Positions 50,760-64,000 of a DNA stretch of 64,000 bases are shown piece after piece. The position numbers were made by a program, and so were the translations under genes. This DNA comes from Narcine bancroftii (Eukaryota): assembly GCF_036971445.1 (NCBI RefSeq), contig NC_091478.1, positions 79,608,001 through 79,672,000 on the forward strand, in the 5' to 3' direction. The notes below the pieces were generated by a model that ran no database searches, was not told the DNA's origin, and saw nothing but the letters and a program-made list of their open reading frames with translations. Within the stretch, counting starts at the first letter, position 1, and each line of letters starts with the position of its first letter.

Positions 50760-52010
50760 TGTTTATCAGGCAAGTGAATATATCAGATAAATCAGTGTAT
50801 TGGAATAAAGGCAGGGATATCTTCTAAAGTCCCCTTGACCTAGAACAAATTAATATCCATTGCTCTGGATAATAAGATCCTGGACACCTGGTGCCAGAAG
50901 GGGATCAGGTGTATCAAGGATTGTTATGAGCAAGGGCAGCTTATGTCATTCAATCAGCTAAGGAATAAATATGTTTTGTCTAATAAAACTCCTGTTATTT
51001 TCAGCTAAGATTGTTCTTAAGGGATAATTTGGGACTGACTATGGCCCTGCTTGTTTGTAATGACATGGAGATTCAAAATTTGAAAGGGAAACATGTGTAA
51101 GTTCATCTCTATGATGTATCTCCTATTCCAAAATGAGGGCCTGAAGCCGGGCTTACACAAGTCAAGGGAAAGGTGGGAGATGGACTTGCGCACAACAATG
51201 TATGAGCGGTGCTGGTTGACTCGTGTCTGGGCAGCATGACAGCAGTTATTAATGCCAGGTACAAATTAGTGCAATACAATTTCCTGCATCAACTCTACCT
51301 CACACCATAAAAATTACATAAATCTAAATCAGACAATTCAGAAATGTGCTTTACATGTGGTGTGGAGATTGGAAACTTTATCCATTCAACCTGGCTCTGG
51401 GAGGATCTGGGGGACATTCTGAAAAAAATTACAAAGGTGGATATTCCCCAGGATCTGGAATTGTACCTTTTGGGAAATATTGTGGACATGAGTTTTAAAC
51501 TGTTCAGATACCAAATTCAGTTTGTGAAGTTCACCTTGTAGGTAGCCAGGAAGTGTATAGCGGTCACGTGGAAGTGCGATTCCCAACTAAATATTACACG
51601 ATGGAATGTGGAAATGCATTGTTGTATTCCCCGGAGAAAATTACTTACAACTTAAGGAGGGAATGTGATATATTTGTTGGGGTGTGGCAACCCTATCTGC
51701 CACACATTTGTACACAGACTTAATTATATCCCTTCTGAATAAAGGAAATACAACAATCTGTGCCAGTAGTGAAATGATTGAGATTAATGAAGTGGGTCGT
51801 GGCACAGATGATGTGCTCTAGTATTTTGTTCCTCATCTTTTTTTATTTTAGGTTTCTTTGGGTTTTTCTTAAGTTCTCTTAAGGGTTTGTGATTTTACTG
51901 ATAGTTGGTTCTTTTTATCTGTTTAATTTATATAATCTTTTCTTTGTTGTATTAGGTTTCGGAAGGAGGGGAGAAGGATAAGGGCAAAAATAGACTCTGT
52001 ATGTTATAGA
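50760..52010 (+). mobile_element. L1-clade LINE 3' fragment
   Basis: Remnant NARYKLVQYNFLHQLYLTP and zinc-knuckle-like CFTCGVEIGNFIHSTW, followed by a T-rich 3'UTR. Confidence 0.75.
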
Positions 52011-53269
52011 CTATTGTTGAAAGAGATTGTGTAGTTTGTGTGGTGCCTTTGGGGCAGAGCTACAAGCAAAATATCCAACTCAAGTTGCGGTGAGCAAAAA
52101 ACTGCTTTAATCGGTTTTACAGGCAACTTTAAATTCAGTTCCGGTTCGGTCGCCCTGAAACCAGAAGTGACATCACGATGCTCCTGACACATTCCCCAGT
52201 CTGCTGACTTCGTCCCATCTTAGTGCGGACCCCTGGAACATGTGGAATCACAGGGAAAATTCGAGCGTGAAGTCTCACCCCTTGACTGCCACTACAGTTT
52301 ATTTGGATTTGTATGAGTCTTTGAAAATCAAAAATAAGATGTTCAAAACAGAAGTGAATATAGCAGGAAAGCTCTGAAGCTTTTTGCATATTTTCCAAGT
52401 GTCTGACAGACAGGGGTGATTAAAACTGTGTCCCCGTGATATTTCCAAAAAGAAAACAAATGTTTATTTTTGTTCCATTGTAAGAGATGAATCTGGGTAT
52501 AATGATGTCAGGCAATGAATCATGACCATCAGATTGTCAAATGCAAAATTTTGCTGATGTTTCAAAGTGAATATAAAAACATTCAGGCCACAGCTGTGAA
52601 GAAATTACTGGAAAAATGTAAAGGCAGAACATTTTTAAGCATCTACAGGATGTCCAAGTTGGAAATTGGGGAAGGAAAACAAAACACAACGGAATGTTTA
52701 TGAGGATAGAATAATGGTGGAGGAGGATCATGGGAGGGAAGTGAAAAGGACCATAGTGATTGAGTTTCTTTGTTGCACAGAAACAGAATTTATCTGTTGG
52801 AATAGACACACATAATTCTCTGTGAAGCATTTGACACAAATCAAGGATGGCTTGCTCTATCTCCAGTTCTCTTGGTTCTGAGGTGGTTGATGAATCCAGT
52901 GTGGAATCTGCAGGTGTCACAGTTGGGATATGATGTGCTTGAAGAGGAGGAGGAGAGTGGGTATCTTGGGAGGTGAAGCATTTCTTTGACCGCTTACATG
53001 TTCTCCTGATGAATGAATTGGAGATTTTCCATGCCATCCTGTTTGCTTCTTCCCAATTTGAAGAGTTGGGTCAGAGTGAGGGTTTTTTATTTTATGAAAA
53101 AGCTTTTGAACTGTTTCCTATGTCTATCTCTCTACATTGCAGACCCAAAGCAGAGCATTTATTTCAGGAGTCTGCAGCTGGGTATACAAGTATTGTGATC
53201 TGCTTTCAGAGGTAATTGAGCATAATTAGGGTTTCAATATCCTGGCTAAATATCTATAGATATGAATGA

Positions 53270-56200
53270 ATGAATGGTTTATTGTCATCTTGATAAGTAC
53301 AATGTACAAATGTAATGCAAGTCTTACTTGCTGTAATTTTCCATGCATATAAAATATAATGCATAAGAGAGAAAAAGAGATAATATAAAAGGAATTAGAA
53401 AAAAAAAATTCAGTTGTTTTGTAGTACAACAAAAATTTGCTGAGTTATTCATGCCCATTGAAGCAGTGGAGGCTACCTTAGTGAATATATTTAAGACAAG
53501 GTTGGATAGATTTTTACAGAGTATGGGAATTAAGAGATATGGGGAAAAGGCAGGTAGGTGGAGATCAGCCTATCATCAGATCAGCCATGATCTCATTGAA
53601 TGGTGGAGCAGGCTCGACGGGCCGGATGGTCGACTCCTGCTCCTATTTCTTATGTTCTTATGTACATCAAGATCTATGGTGGTCTTGCAGTAATGGATAG
53701 GGCTAGAACAAGGATGGTTAAGGGCCTGATAACTGCTGGACTTCAGACTTCTGTATCTTCTTTCTGATGGAGCAACGAGAAGAGACCTTGGGCAGGGCGA
53801 TGTGATGTTGGCAGCTTACTTGATATAGCATGCCATGTAGATATCGCCCATCTGCAAAATGAAAAAGAAAAGATCAAAATTTAATGTGTTTCCCTCTCAG
53901 GTTGAGGCAAGAAATAATGAAATGACAGGGGAATTAATAAATATTTTGTATCTGGATTCATAGAAGAGCCATTCAGAGATTGTGGCCAACAATATATCTA
54001 GAACAAAAGAAATAAACATATGTTTAAAAAAATGATAGATCCGAAAGCTATTAAATCTACAGGACCTAATGAACTGAAACCTATGGTGTTGAAAGAGGTA
54101 AGGATGAAGATGATTGGTTGATATCTTCCAAAATTCCATGGATTCTCATTCAGCTCCCACATGGAATATTGAAATAGTAAGACTATAAGACATAGGAGCA
54201 GAAATAGCTATTAAGCCAATCGAGTCTGCCCTGGCATTCAATCATGAGCTGAACTATTTTTCCACTCAGTGCCACTGCCTGGCCTTTCCTCCATAACCTT
54301 TGATGCCTTGGCTAATCAAGAATTTTCAATTTCTCCCTTAAATACACCCACCAGCTTCACCTCCACCATCATTTCTGGCATCAAATTCCACAGATTCACT
54401 ACCCTCTGGCTAAAAATATTCCTCTTTTCTAAGCTTCAATTCTGAAGTTGTGCCCTCTTGTCCTGGACTCTCCAACCTTCCGACATCTACTCTGTCCACG
54501 TCTTTCAACATTCAAAACATTTCAATGGGCTCCCTCCTCATTCTCCTAATTTCCAACAAGTATAGGACAAGAACTGTCAAACGCTCCTCATATGATAACC
54601 CAGTCATTCCTGAAATCATCCTTGTGAAACTTTTCTGAACGCTCTCTAATGTCAGCACATTCTTTCAAAACTGCTCAACAATACTGCAAAACTCCATTAT
54701 CAAGGGAGACTCAGAAAATACTTTTAAGAATTTTTGAAAGAAATATCATGTTTAACAAATCTTTTTTTAAATCTCTTTGATGTATAACTAAAAGAACACA
54801 CTCAATCAAGTCTGTGAACATTGTGTATTTAAACTTTCAAGAGATCTTTGATGAGGTTCGGATCAAGACCTCACGGGTGGGATGGTTGGTGTAGCAGTTA
54901 GTGCAATGCCTTTACAGCGCCAGCAATTGGGAGTGGGGTTCGAATCCTGCGCTGTCTGTAAGGAGTTTGTACATTTTCCCTGTGTCTGTGTGGGTTTCCC
55001 TGGGTGCTCCAGTTTTCTCCTACTGTTCAAAAAGTACTGGGGGTGTAGGTTCATGGGGTGTAAATTGGGTGGAATGGACTCGTGGGCTGAAATAGCCTTT
55101 TACCATGCTGTATGTCTAAGTTTAGAAAAAAATTAATTAAAATTACAAGAGGTAATTAAACAAAGGGGATCAGGTGCAATAGATTTGTGGAGTTCAAAGA
55201 TTATACAGCATGGATAAAAGCCCTTCAGCAAACTCATCCATGCCAGCCAATTTAACTACCTGAGCTAGTCTTTCAGTCTGAAAAAGTCTTTTAAAGGCAA
55301 TTGTACCCTATTCTGCCTCTTCCTCTGGCAGATTATACCCAGCATCCCTTGTGTAATGTCAATTGGGGTTTAGCTAATAGACACAAAACAGAGAAAGAAT
55401 GAGTAATTTGGGGATTGGGAGCTTGTGACCAGTGGAATGCCTCAGAAATAGGTGCTGGGGCCTCAAATAGACATAACATCTGAGTGAGAAGACCATCTAT
55501 CATCCTTCAGGTTATCTGATGGCTAACAGCTAGGTGGCAGTGTGAGCTGTGAGGAGAATCCAGAGTTCAGGAAGAGGCGAATTGAACGAGGGAAATCATG
55601 GCAGATGCTGTCTGATGTGGCAACATATGAGATTGTTCACTTTCACAGAAAAGGAACAGAGGGCAGAATACTTTTTTTTAAAAATGGAAAGAGATTCAAA
55701 AATGTTGGCGTTTACAATGGTCAGTTTTCTGTTGTTGAAGGCCGTGCTGGTGCATTGATATATTTAATCATTGACGTTTGCTTTCATTGAGAGGAAGCTC
55801 CAAGAAAATAGAAGCTCGTCATCTCTTATCAGAGATTTTTTATTGCCAGAAGTTGGCCTTGCACTGTGATGTAGTTTGGTTCAGGACAATCATTCTGCAG
55901 ATATTCAGATGATTGTCAGATGTGGAGCTTGGACTTGGATCATGTATTGTCCAATGAGGAATGGTTAATTAGTAATCTTGCCAGATGGGGGCTATGAGGG
56001 AAGAGCCCGCATAACATTAAAAACTTTTCCATTGTAATGGAAAGTGAAATTGTTCACTCCAAATCCAGAATCATAAATCTAAACTGGGCGAGCAATGAGT
56101 GTAACAGACGAGAGAGTTTCATCAAAAGGCATGACAATGGATAACGCCCTAGGTGAAAGGTCGGTGCGTAAAGTGCCTGAAATTGAAAGTGATGTATTAG

Positions 56201-56995
56201 CATTGATTGAAAATTGTCTGATGGACATAAAATGGAATATAGGAATAAATTGTACTTTTGGGGTGGCAGGCAGTGAGAAGTGGGAAAGAGCCGAAATCAG
56301 ACTTTTGGCCTGAGTTTTCAATATGTGTTCAACAATTTGAATGAGGGAGTGGGATGTAATATTTTAATGTTTGCTGACAACACTAAACTGGGCAGCATTG
56401 TGAAATGCAAGGAGGTTGCAGAGAATCTTCAGGGTGACTAAGATTGAGTGAGGAGGCATAATCACGGCACATGCAGTATTACAAGGATTTAATGTGACCT
56501 TATCCTTATTGGCAGGGAAAGCAGAAAGAAGGTGAATTATTTAAATAGTTTTAGGTTGGGAAGTGGTGATGTGTAAACAGACATGAATGTACACTTCCAC
56601 CAGTCATGAAAAGGAAACATATAGATGCAGCAAGAAAGCAAATGGTATATTGGTCTTCTTTACAAATGGTGTTGTGTGGAAGAAGAAACATGCCTTATTA
56701 TAATTACACAGGACCACGGCTGCAATGTTGGGTGCAGGGTTGCTCTTCTCAACCAAGAAAGGAAATACTTCTCATAGCAGGGCTGAAGTAAAAGTTCACC
56801 AGCTTGCTCCTAGAACGGTAGAACTGTCATTTGATGAACCATCAGATATACAAAGTTTATTGTCAATGAAATGTATAAGGAAATGAGAGGACATTTAATT
56901 GAAGTTAGAAAATTCCTACAGGTCTTGACAAGCTGGATGCAGGGAGGATATTTGCCTTGGTTGGGGACTCTAGAATGAGTCAATATATGGGGTAA
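53270..56995. mobile_element. Nested old LINE fragments, mostly CR1 on both strands with some Rex/L2
   Basis: 53451-53660 CR1 3' end (+); 54175-54690 CR1 3' end (-); decayed CR1 RT pieces at ~53870-54160, ~54700-55700 and ~56330-56990 (+). Confidence 0.6.
54878..55122 (+). mobile_element. V-SINE (HE1-like)
   Basis: A-box-like TGGTGTAGCAGTTAG, B-box GGTTCGAATCC, V-domain GGGTTTCCCTGGGTGCTCCAGTTTTCTCC. Confidence 0.8.
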
Positions 56996-57054
56996 GGCAC
57001 ATTGATGCACAGCATCAAGAGGTGTGGGGACCAAGCATCATCTATGTACTATGT

Positions 57055-57545
57055 ATCTATGCATTGCAGCTCAATGACTGAAGGGCCTTTCGAGGTTCAG
57101 GAGTGAAGACAATGAAACTTGAACAGTTTCCTAGTTGTTTATTGACTAGATGGTGAGGCTCCTTGATGGTAAGCAACAACATTGTTACAAGAGAGATTGA
57201 GAGAAATGTTGGGTCAATGATGCAGCCTTGCTTGACACCAGCCTGCAATGAGTCTGGCTTTGTTGTCATCCTGCTGGTTCAAATTGTACTTGTGTGCCAC
57301 TGTGCAGATGAGATAGGATGAAGGCGATTTTCTGTGGCCAGCCAAAGTTGAGAAGGATATTCCACAGTGTCAGAGATCTGGTGTTCATGTTCAATGGGTC
57401 TTTAAATAGATTCCATGATTCAGGGAGCACCTCTGACCGAAAACAAGATACTGGTGATGACTTTCCCTGGGACAGACAGCAGAGAGGCCAATCTGTGAGT
57501 TGCCATAATTGGATCCATCTCTTTTCTTCAAGTGGTCACCATTAT
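57055..57545 (-). mobile_element. Old RTE-clade LINE RT fragment from a different, decayed family
   Basis: GVKQGCIIDPTFLSI motif; heavily mutated relative to the young copies. Confidence 0.65.
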
Positions 57546-59019
57546 AGTATCTCTGCTGTATCCTCCTCTTGCAAAACATTGAGAAGTTGTGGTCTGCTAA
57601 GTTCACAACTTCAACAGGAATCCCATCTTAGGCCTTCTTTAGCAGTAACACACACATATATAAAGAATGCTGCTGTGGAATCACATACAGTTAACTTTCA
57701 TTTAATTTAGATGGTAAAGTAATTTGCATTGTTTGTTGCTTTTACTTTTCAGGTGTTACAGATAGACGTCAATTGAATGTCTTTATTTTTGGATCAGTGC
57801 AAAATATTTTTTTTATTGAGGGTGGAAACTCATCTGATCAAGAACGCAGGTGGTCCATTTCCTGCTGTACAAGTCAATCAGCTTGCAAGGTGAGCTTGAA
57901 GTATTTCTGATTTCTCTGGCTATTTTGGGGGTTGGAGAATATTTGGCCAAGTTTGTGATCAATGAAATGCTCACAGACTAAATTATATAACATAAAAGTG
58001 GCAACTTATGACCTTTTCTCACTGGAAGAAGAAACAGACTGAACCTTCCAAACATTACTGCTAGTCTCTTCAAAGAAAGATATCGCTCATCATGTTGTTT
58101 CTCCTCACAACAAGCTATGTGCCTGCTTTAACAAATAAAAGGGTCTCTGTAAAATTCTTCAATGTTTATTTGAAGTCTGCTGAGTTACAAAAGTGGTGTG
58201 GAGATATGTTTGAAGTTTAGTCTGACATCCTAGATCTTTTTTTTACGATAAGAGAGAAGACTGTTTTATTTTTAAAAGTTATTACAAATCATGTGATTTT
58301 TTTTCCATCTGGAAATGTTCTTCCTCATTTTTGTGTATGCCTGATTTGTTAATTTTAGGGCATTTCCAGCCTAGATCTGAATGTCATATTATCTATTGCA
58401 GAGCCTATTATTTTCATTATAAATCTGTCTCATTCAATCCTCTGAAGTTCCTTTTAAACTTGACAATAAAGTTGATAAGGTTCAATGAAGATGATGAATT
58501 ATATTTATATTAGCCCCCTAACATATTGTAACAGCCCAAAATGTTTTTATTGGAGCATTATCAAACAATAAATATTAAAAAAAACTCCAACAAAAGCTAT
58601 GGAAAATTGGTTACATGTAACCTGATTGAAGGAGTATCTTTTAGGTTCTGACGGAGAACCTTAAAAGGAACAGGGAAAAGGACTGAAGTTTAGATGTGGG
58701 GTGAGTTAATGAGTTAGAGCCCAGCCAGCAGAAAATGCAATCACATTATTAGAGGGATTAAAATCACGAATACACAAACAAGCAGAAGGGGAGGTGTGCA
58801 GGATGCAGGACTGAAGGTATATGCCAAAACTGAGAGAAGGGGATGTTGGTGGGGGAAGTGATGCGCGGGACATTTCTGCTGACTGAAGCCATGAAGGAAC
58901 TTAAAAAATAAAGATATATAAGCTGATGTTAATGTTCTAGCAATTCAGTTGGAAGTCCATTTGTTGTTATTAAGAGGAATTTTGATTCATTCCAATTTAT
59001 AAGACACAGTATACTGAGC

Positions 59020-60369
59020 TGTTAGATACCCAAGTTAGTTTAACGCTACTGTTAAAGAGAATTAGCAAAGTTACCAATTAAATTGATGATATCTAAACTC
59101 AAGTAAAGAATTCTTATTGGCTGTGAATTTATGGTAGAAACAACCATGAGGACATTGGTGCCCCTGAGGCATTAAATACACAGCAACCTCTGAGGTGCAA
59201 TAGTAAATCAAGGAAGCTGGTGTCCACAGAGAATTGAGTGTTGCCTGAAGCTTCACTTTTACAGTCTCCGGCCCAGGGATTTGCCATAGAAACATATGGG
59301 TGTAAAATAGTGAGAAGCACATGATCAATATCCATGAAGCAGGTCAGAAAAAATTAAGTCTTTTATTCAAGGGTAAGTCAATCTCATGTGATACTTACTC
59401 AGACAGCAGCAAGAGAAATTAGCCAAGACAGTGTTATATTTAAAATAATATTTTTATTATTAATTGCCCATAATATAACACCTTATCTAAATTTTTCTAA
59501 CTTAACCTCCAACTATGTGCAAATATACGTGTGTGTGTGTGTGTGTCTTTATAGAAATACCCTAAACAATTAGAGATCAGGCTTAATTCTGGAATTAAGT
59601 TGAAAGTTTAGTCTCAGAAAATCCAATGTTGTCATGCAGGCTTTAAATTGATCAATCATGGGGTAGGTGGGAGAGACCGGGGTGACAGATTGTTGTAAAC
59701 TCATAAAATCCTTGTTGAGATGCTTCCAAAGAAATGTCCTCTTCAGATGAGTGGCAATCAAAACTCCCCTTTGTGTAGGGATATGAAGCGGGTGATTTTC
59801 ACAAAGCTTCCAGAACCCTTTCACGTGTCAGCCGAAATGATCCTCTCAATGGTCGCAATCCAAATGCAGTATTCCTCTCCTTCCAGAACCCTTTCACGCG
59901 TCAGCCATTCAAAGTGATCTTCTCTTTTGATCATGGTATGGTACCCTAATCCCCCTTCAAAAGTGACCATTCCTTTGGCCACAGTGGGGTATATTCATTC
60001 TCCTTACAGAGAGAAATCATACAAATTGTCTATTACATGAGGCCACTTCAGCACAGTATCCCTTCAAAGAGATGCTTCTCCAAGTGCTGCTTCCTTAAAA
60101 TGGCCCCAGATCAAACTGAGTACTGTTTCTTTAACATGTTGGTCACATGGTCTCTGCACCTGTGTTTTCCAGGGCCACTTCCTCTCTCTTAAGAAGTAGG
60201 AAATTTGAGTACACGCTGTCCTTAGCCTATCAACCCACAATCAACCTCCAAAGCTTGCAGGGTTTGCAACTTGATTTGTTCTCTTAAAGTGACAGACCCA
60301 AAATGAACTGGGAGCACGTAATACATGATTCAAAAAATCTTAAAATCTGGTGAAAAATATCCCCTCACA
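59020..60369 (-). mobile_element. Possible long solo LTR
   Basis: On - begins TGTGAGGGG and ends CTAACA; AATAAA signals, (TG)n, and a 26-bp internal direct repeat at 59808 and 59881. No TSD found. Confidence 0.3.
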
Positions 60370-60569
60370 GTAAGAATTAAAAAGGAATAAGTTTAATTAA
60401 GTTATCTGTTGGACATTAAAAAAAATAAGTTTATAACTACATGTGATTTGACATTGAATTAATAATTTCAGCTTACATTCAGCCAATATATAACCAAATT
60501 AGAATTTTTTGATTTGATTTGTTAAGGAGATTAAAAAGTTATTTGATCTTTGAAACCAAGTCACAGAGG

Positions 60570-60775
60570 TGCATGGAATGGGCCACGGGAGGAGGTAATT
60601 GAGGCAGGCACTATTGCAAAGTTAAAGAGAAAATTGGATGGATACATGGATAGGATAGGTTTAGAGGTCTATAGGCCAAATCAAAGCAGGTGGGACTAAT
60701 GTAGGTGGGACATTGTGGTCAGCATAGGTAAATTGGGTTGAAAGGCCTGCTTCCAAGCTGTACAACTCTATGAAT
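60570..60775 (+). mobile_element. CR1 3' fragment
   Basis: TGGAATG...GAGGCAGG...GGATGGATACATGGATAGG...GAAAGGCCTG...ACTCTATGA. Confidence 0.7.
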
Positions 60776-62222
60776 CTGTCACAGTGACATTGTTGAGAAT
60801 ACCACAATGATCTGGGATTCTAATTACTATAGATCCTAATGCAAAATCATGGAAATCCTATTGAAAAATCTGACTCAATATGAATGGCATCAGCAAAACT
60901 ATAGCAAAGAACTGTGTGAAGGTAATAGAGTTTTAATGACCAGCACTTGGAGCAAATGTGGACCAACCAAAATTGATCAACTAGTTAGAGACCAGGCTCA
61001 TCTGAACAAGCTCGATGTAAACATGAACAAAATATGTACAAATTGATTGATGGAGAATATTCTGGGACAATGGGATTGCTCTGTGGTTGGGCATAGATTA
61101 AATTGGCTGACATGGCCTCCTTATTTGTTCTTTGGGAAAAAGTGAAAATAGAATTCTCTTGGATCCATGGAAGATTGTGGTAGGATCAAAAAGAATGCAC
61201 AAACAACACAACTGTATGACAAATTATTATGCTGTGCTTGGATTCCATTACTTTGAATATCTAGAACATGCCCTCCCAGGCACTAAAGTATCCTGTAATA
61301 ACAGAGTAGGAAATAAGATCAGACAATCTGCCTTTAATTGCATACAAATACAGGTTAGTATACCTTGGGAAGGGGTGTGGAGAAAAGTGTGCAGTTTTCA
61401 TGCCTGCAGCTTTTAGCTCTGTGAAAATTACTTGTTATTACATATTCAGACCTCCCTCGTTAAGGAGGACAAAGTGAGGAGAAGCAGGTAACGTCCGTTT
61501 TCCAGAATTTCAGTAACCAGCAGACTCAAGCAGCCAATTCACTTCCATGGCTTCTATCAATCCCCATAGGTGGCAGATACTGGGAGTTTTATTGTATGTA
61601 AAAAGTGTTGGTCAGTTAAGGGACGTGGCTACTGAGTAGCAGTTAAAGAAAGAGCAGACAAGGCTGGATAAAGCATTTCCTCCTCCCATGAGAGTCTGAC
61701 ATGGGCATTGCAAGTTGTAGCCGAGTCCAACAACAGAAACTCTGTGTCAAAGACAGGGAGGCAGAGCCAGGACAGTTTAATGACCTCATTGGGAGAGAGA
61801 AGAAAACACCACAAAGGTTTATCCAGATGAAAAATTGTTTCTGTTCCCCTGTGGTTAAGTATTAGGATTTCCTGTTACTCACCACTCAGGAATATAATAT
61901 TTAGTAAGCATGACCCACTTTAGAATCAGGCTTTGGTAAGAATTTCTTGGTGTTTTAACAGATTACAGTAGAGAAGGAAGCCACTCATTCCAGGAAGAAC
62001 ACGCCTGTTCTCCAAAATCTTTCATAATTTTCTGAAAAGCAAGCATTGTTAAAGCCACCTACAGCCAACATTCAGCGCTCCTCCAACACTGCACTGGAAT
62101 GACAGCCTTTGTTTGGTGTATTAGCGCAGCAGGTTCCCAGAGACCTCCTTTGGTGTATGGATAGGAGGTCAATCACATGAGCTATGGCTGATGTTAACAT
62201 GGAAAGAAACTTAACAAGAAAC

Positions 62223-62422
62223 TGTGATAGTAAGGGATACTATCACCAATGTATATATTTGTATATATTTGCATATAGTACTAGTGATTGGCTGAGAGCC
62301 GTAGCCACACGTACTGGCAGGTCATAAAGGACTGGTCGACCTCGATATACTACACTTCAGTCTTTTGTTAATAAAAGCCTTGGTTTGAGTCAACAAGTCT
62401 TTGAGTCATTCGATGCGCTACA
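62223..62422 (+). mobile_element. Gypsy-type solo LTR
   Basis: TGT...ACA termini, ATTGG box, CATAAA TATA-like motif, AATAAA; flanks GAAAC / GGAAC (5-bp TSD with 1 mismatch). Confidence 0.6.
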
Positions 62423-63159
62423 GGAACCACTTCCATTGTCACTAGTACTCATGCACAACACAAAGAGGAAAGGACGCACGACTACTCTAATGATCATGAT
62501 AGGGAAATATTTCACTGTAAAATAAGAGAGCATTGAACCTGATGCAGGATGCAGTAGCTAGAGAAGACCAAGTCTCCTTGGATGTTTATGCTTCTAATTC
62601 TTAACTGCGTATAAACTATTTTGTTCTGGTCCAAAGTGATAATCTTAAACCGATCAATATTAGAATAATTTTGTCATGGTTTTACCCATTGACAATCTAT
62701 TTCTTTTTATAACAAGATTCTTCTCAACTGCTGTCACTGGCAGACTTGAAGTTGAGAGCTTATGTCCCATCTGTAATCATTCGATCGCCAATGCCGATTA
62801 TTTGAGCCCACCAGCTGCATTTGGCTAGTTCACCTGTTCATCATCTCAAGCCACCCCTCCCCTCTGATTAACCAATCTCCTGAGCAGATCAACAATGTGC
62901 ATCCATTTCTGGAGCTTTGACATCATATAGTAATGGTTGGCATCTAGGGTGGTGCGTTGTTCTATAATGCTATGCTTGCTTCGAGGATCAGTCAAATAAA
63001 CATCTGCATTTTGTAACCAAATGAGAAGAGAGTTCAGAGATGGTTAATCGTCTGACGTGGTGTGACAGGAAATTACAGTGGACAGTTTCTACAGTCACTA
63101 ATCATCAACTGAACAAGACACTCAGAAGGCGAGTTTCCAGAGCAGGTTTTTCTGGTTTG

Positions 63160-63960
63160 TTCTACACAACTTTCTTTTCTAGACAGCATCAATATTGATA
63201 TCATATTTCTGTTAACACCCCCCCCACTTCTCTCTCTTTCCCTCATATTCTGTTTCTCTTCCTCCAGCTCCCCAACCCCTTCCCTTCCCTTTCTTCTCCT
63301 CTCTGCCTTCTCTTCCCATCACTTCTAATCTTCCCCCTTTATCCACCTATTACATTTTACCTGGTAGCTTGTGTTCCACCCCCTTCACTTTCCTCCCCCA
63401 TGGTGTCTTTCGGCACTCCCGAAGAAGGGTTCAGGCCCGAAATGTTGACAACCTTTAACCTTCTGTGGATCTGTGTGACCTGCTGAGTTTCTCCAGTACT
63501 TCTGGGTGATGCAACTGCCGATCAGTGGGGACAAAAGTGTGAGTGGGCAGAGGATCAGGTTCAGAGGAGGCAGCTCTTTGGCCCACCACACCTTCATCCA
63601 CCCTGGGAACATATCTATAATCCCATGTGCCTACTTTAGATCTTGGTAACTTAGGCTTTTATCCAGATGCTTCCAAAATGTTGGAAACAAATCAGCAGGT
63701 CGAGCAGCATCTGTGGAGACAGCAACATTTCAGATTGATGACCTTTTACCTGCACTAGGATGAAGTAGAAGTCTAATGTGTTATGTTGCAGGGAATTGGA
63801 AAGGTAGAGTGGAGCAAACAAAGGGAATGTCTGTGGTACGGTGAAGCCTAAGAGAGATTGAATAACAAAACATAGGCCATAGATCACTGTTGATATGTCT
63901 GATGGGAATTTAAATTGAAGGTGATGAAAAATGGCAGAGAGAGAAAATGACTATCTGGGA
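63160..63960. mobile_element. Two Penelope-like terminal fragments (+ 63160-63510; - 63655-63960)
   Basis: CCGAAGA-AGGGTTCAGGCCC-GAAA degenerate hammerhead core followed by GACCTGCTGAGTTTCTCCAG; the second fragment is in the opposite orientation. Confidence 0.55.
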
Positions 63961-64000
63961 ACTGTAATTTGCAAGACATTTCCATTGCTGGAAGTATGAA

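Noticed and set aside
54878-54955. tRNA gene
   Set aside because: The A/B-box-like head belongs to a V-SINE; there is no full cloverleaf.

Overview
Eukaryotic, repeat-dominated vertebrate DNA from a draft assembly with three N gaps. The repeat inventory (CR1, Rex1/Babar-L2, L1 and RTE LINEs, V-SINE and Deu-SINE relics, Penelope-like ends) suggests a cartilaginous fish; this is an inference. I can support no intact host protein-coding gene, and nearly all listed ORFs are transposon fragments or chance frames. The window holds four young, nearly identical RTE-clade LINE copies, three with clear TSDs and AviRTE-like from memory. It also holds three decayed Gypsy elements, solo LTRs, Tc1/mariner and Harbinger MITEs and a 58-bp minisatellite. 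A cryptic ~24-bp ancient tandem array lies at ~47.7-50.0 kb, and a CpG-island promoter at ~11.5-11.9 kb carries paired ZNF143/SBS motifs and an RFX X-box. The most unusual structure is the RTE insertion at 26023-28290. Inside one 11-bp TSD it joins the RT 3' half (minus strand) to a ~900-bp GC-rich 105-bp monomer array and a probable RTE 5'UTR in the opposite orientation. This suggests a twin-priming 5' inversion exposing a monomer-type RTE head. Repeat family names come from pattern recognition, not database searches, and boundaries of old repeats are approximate.
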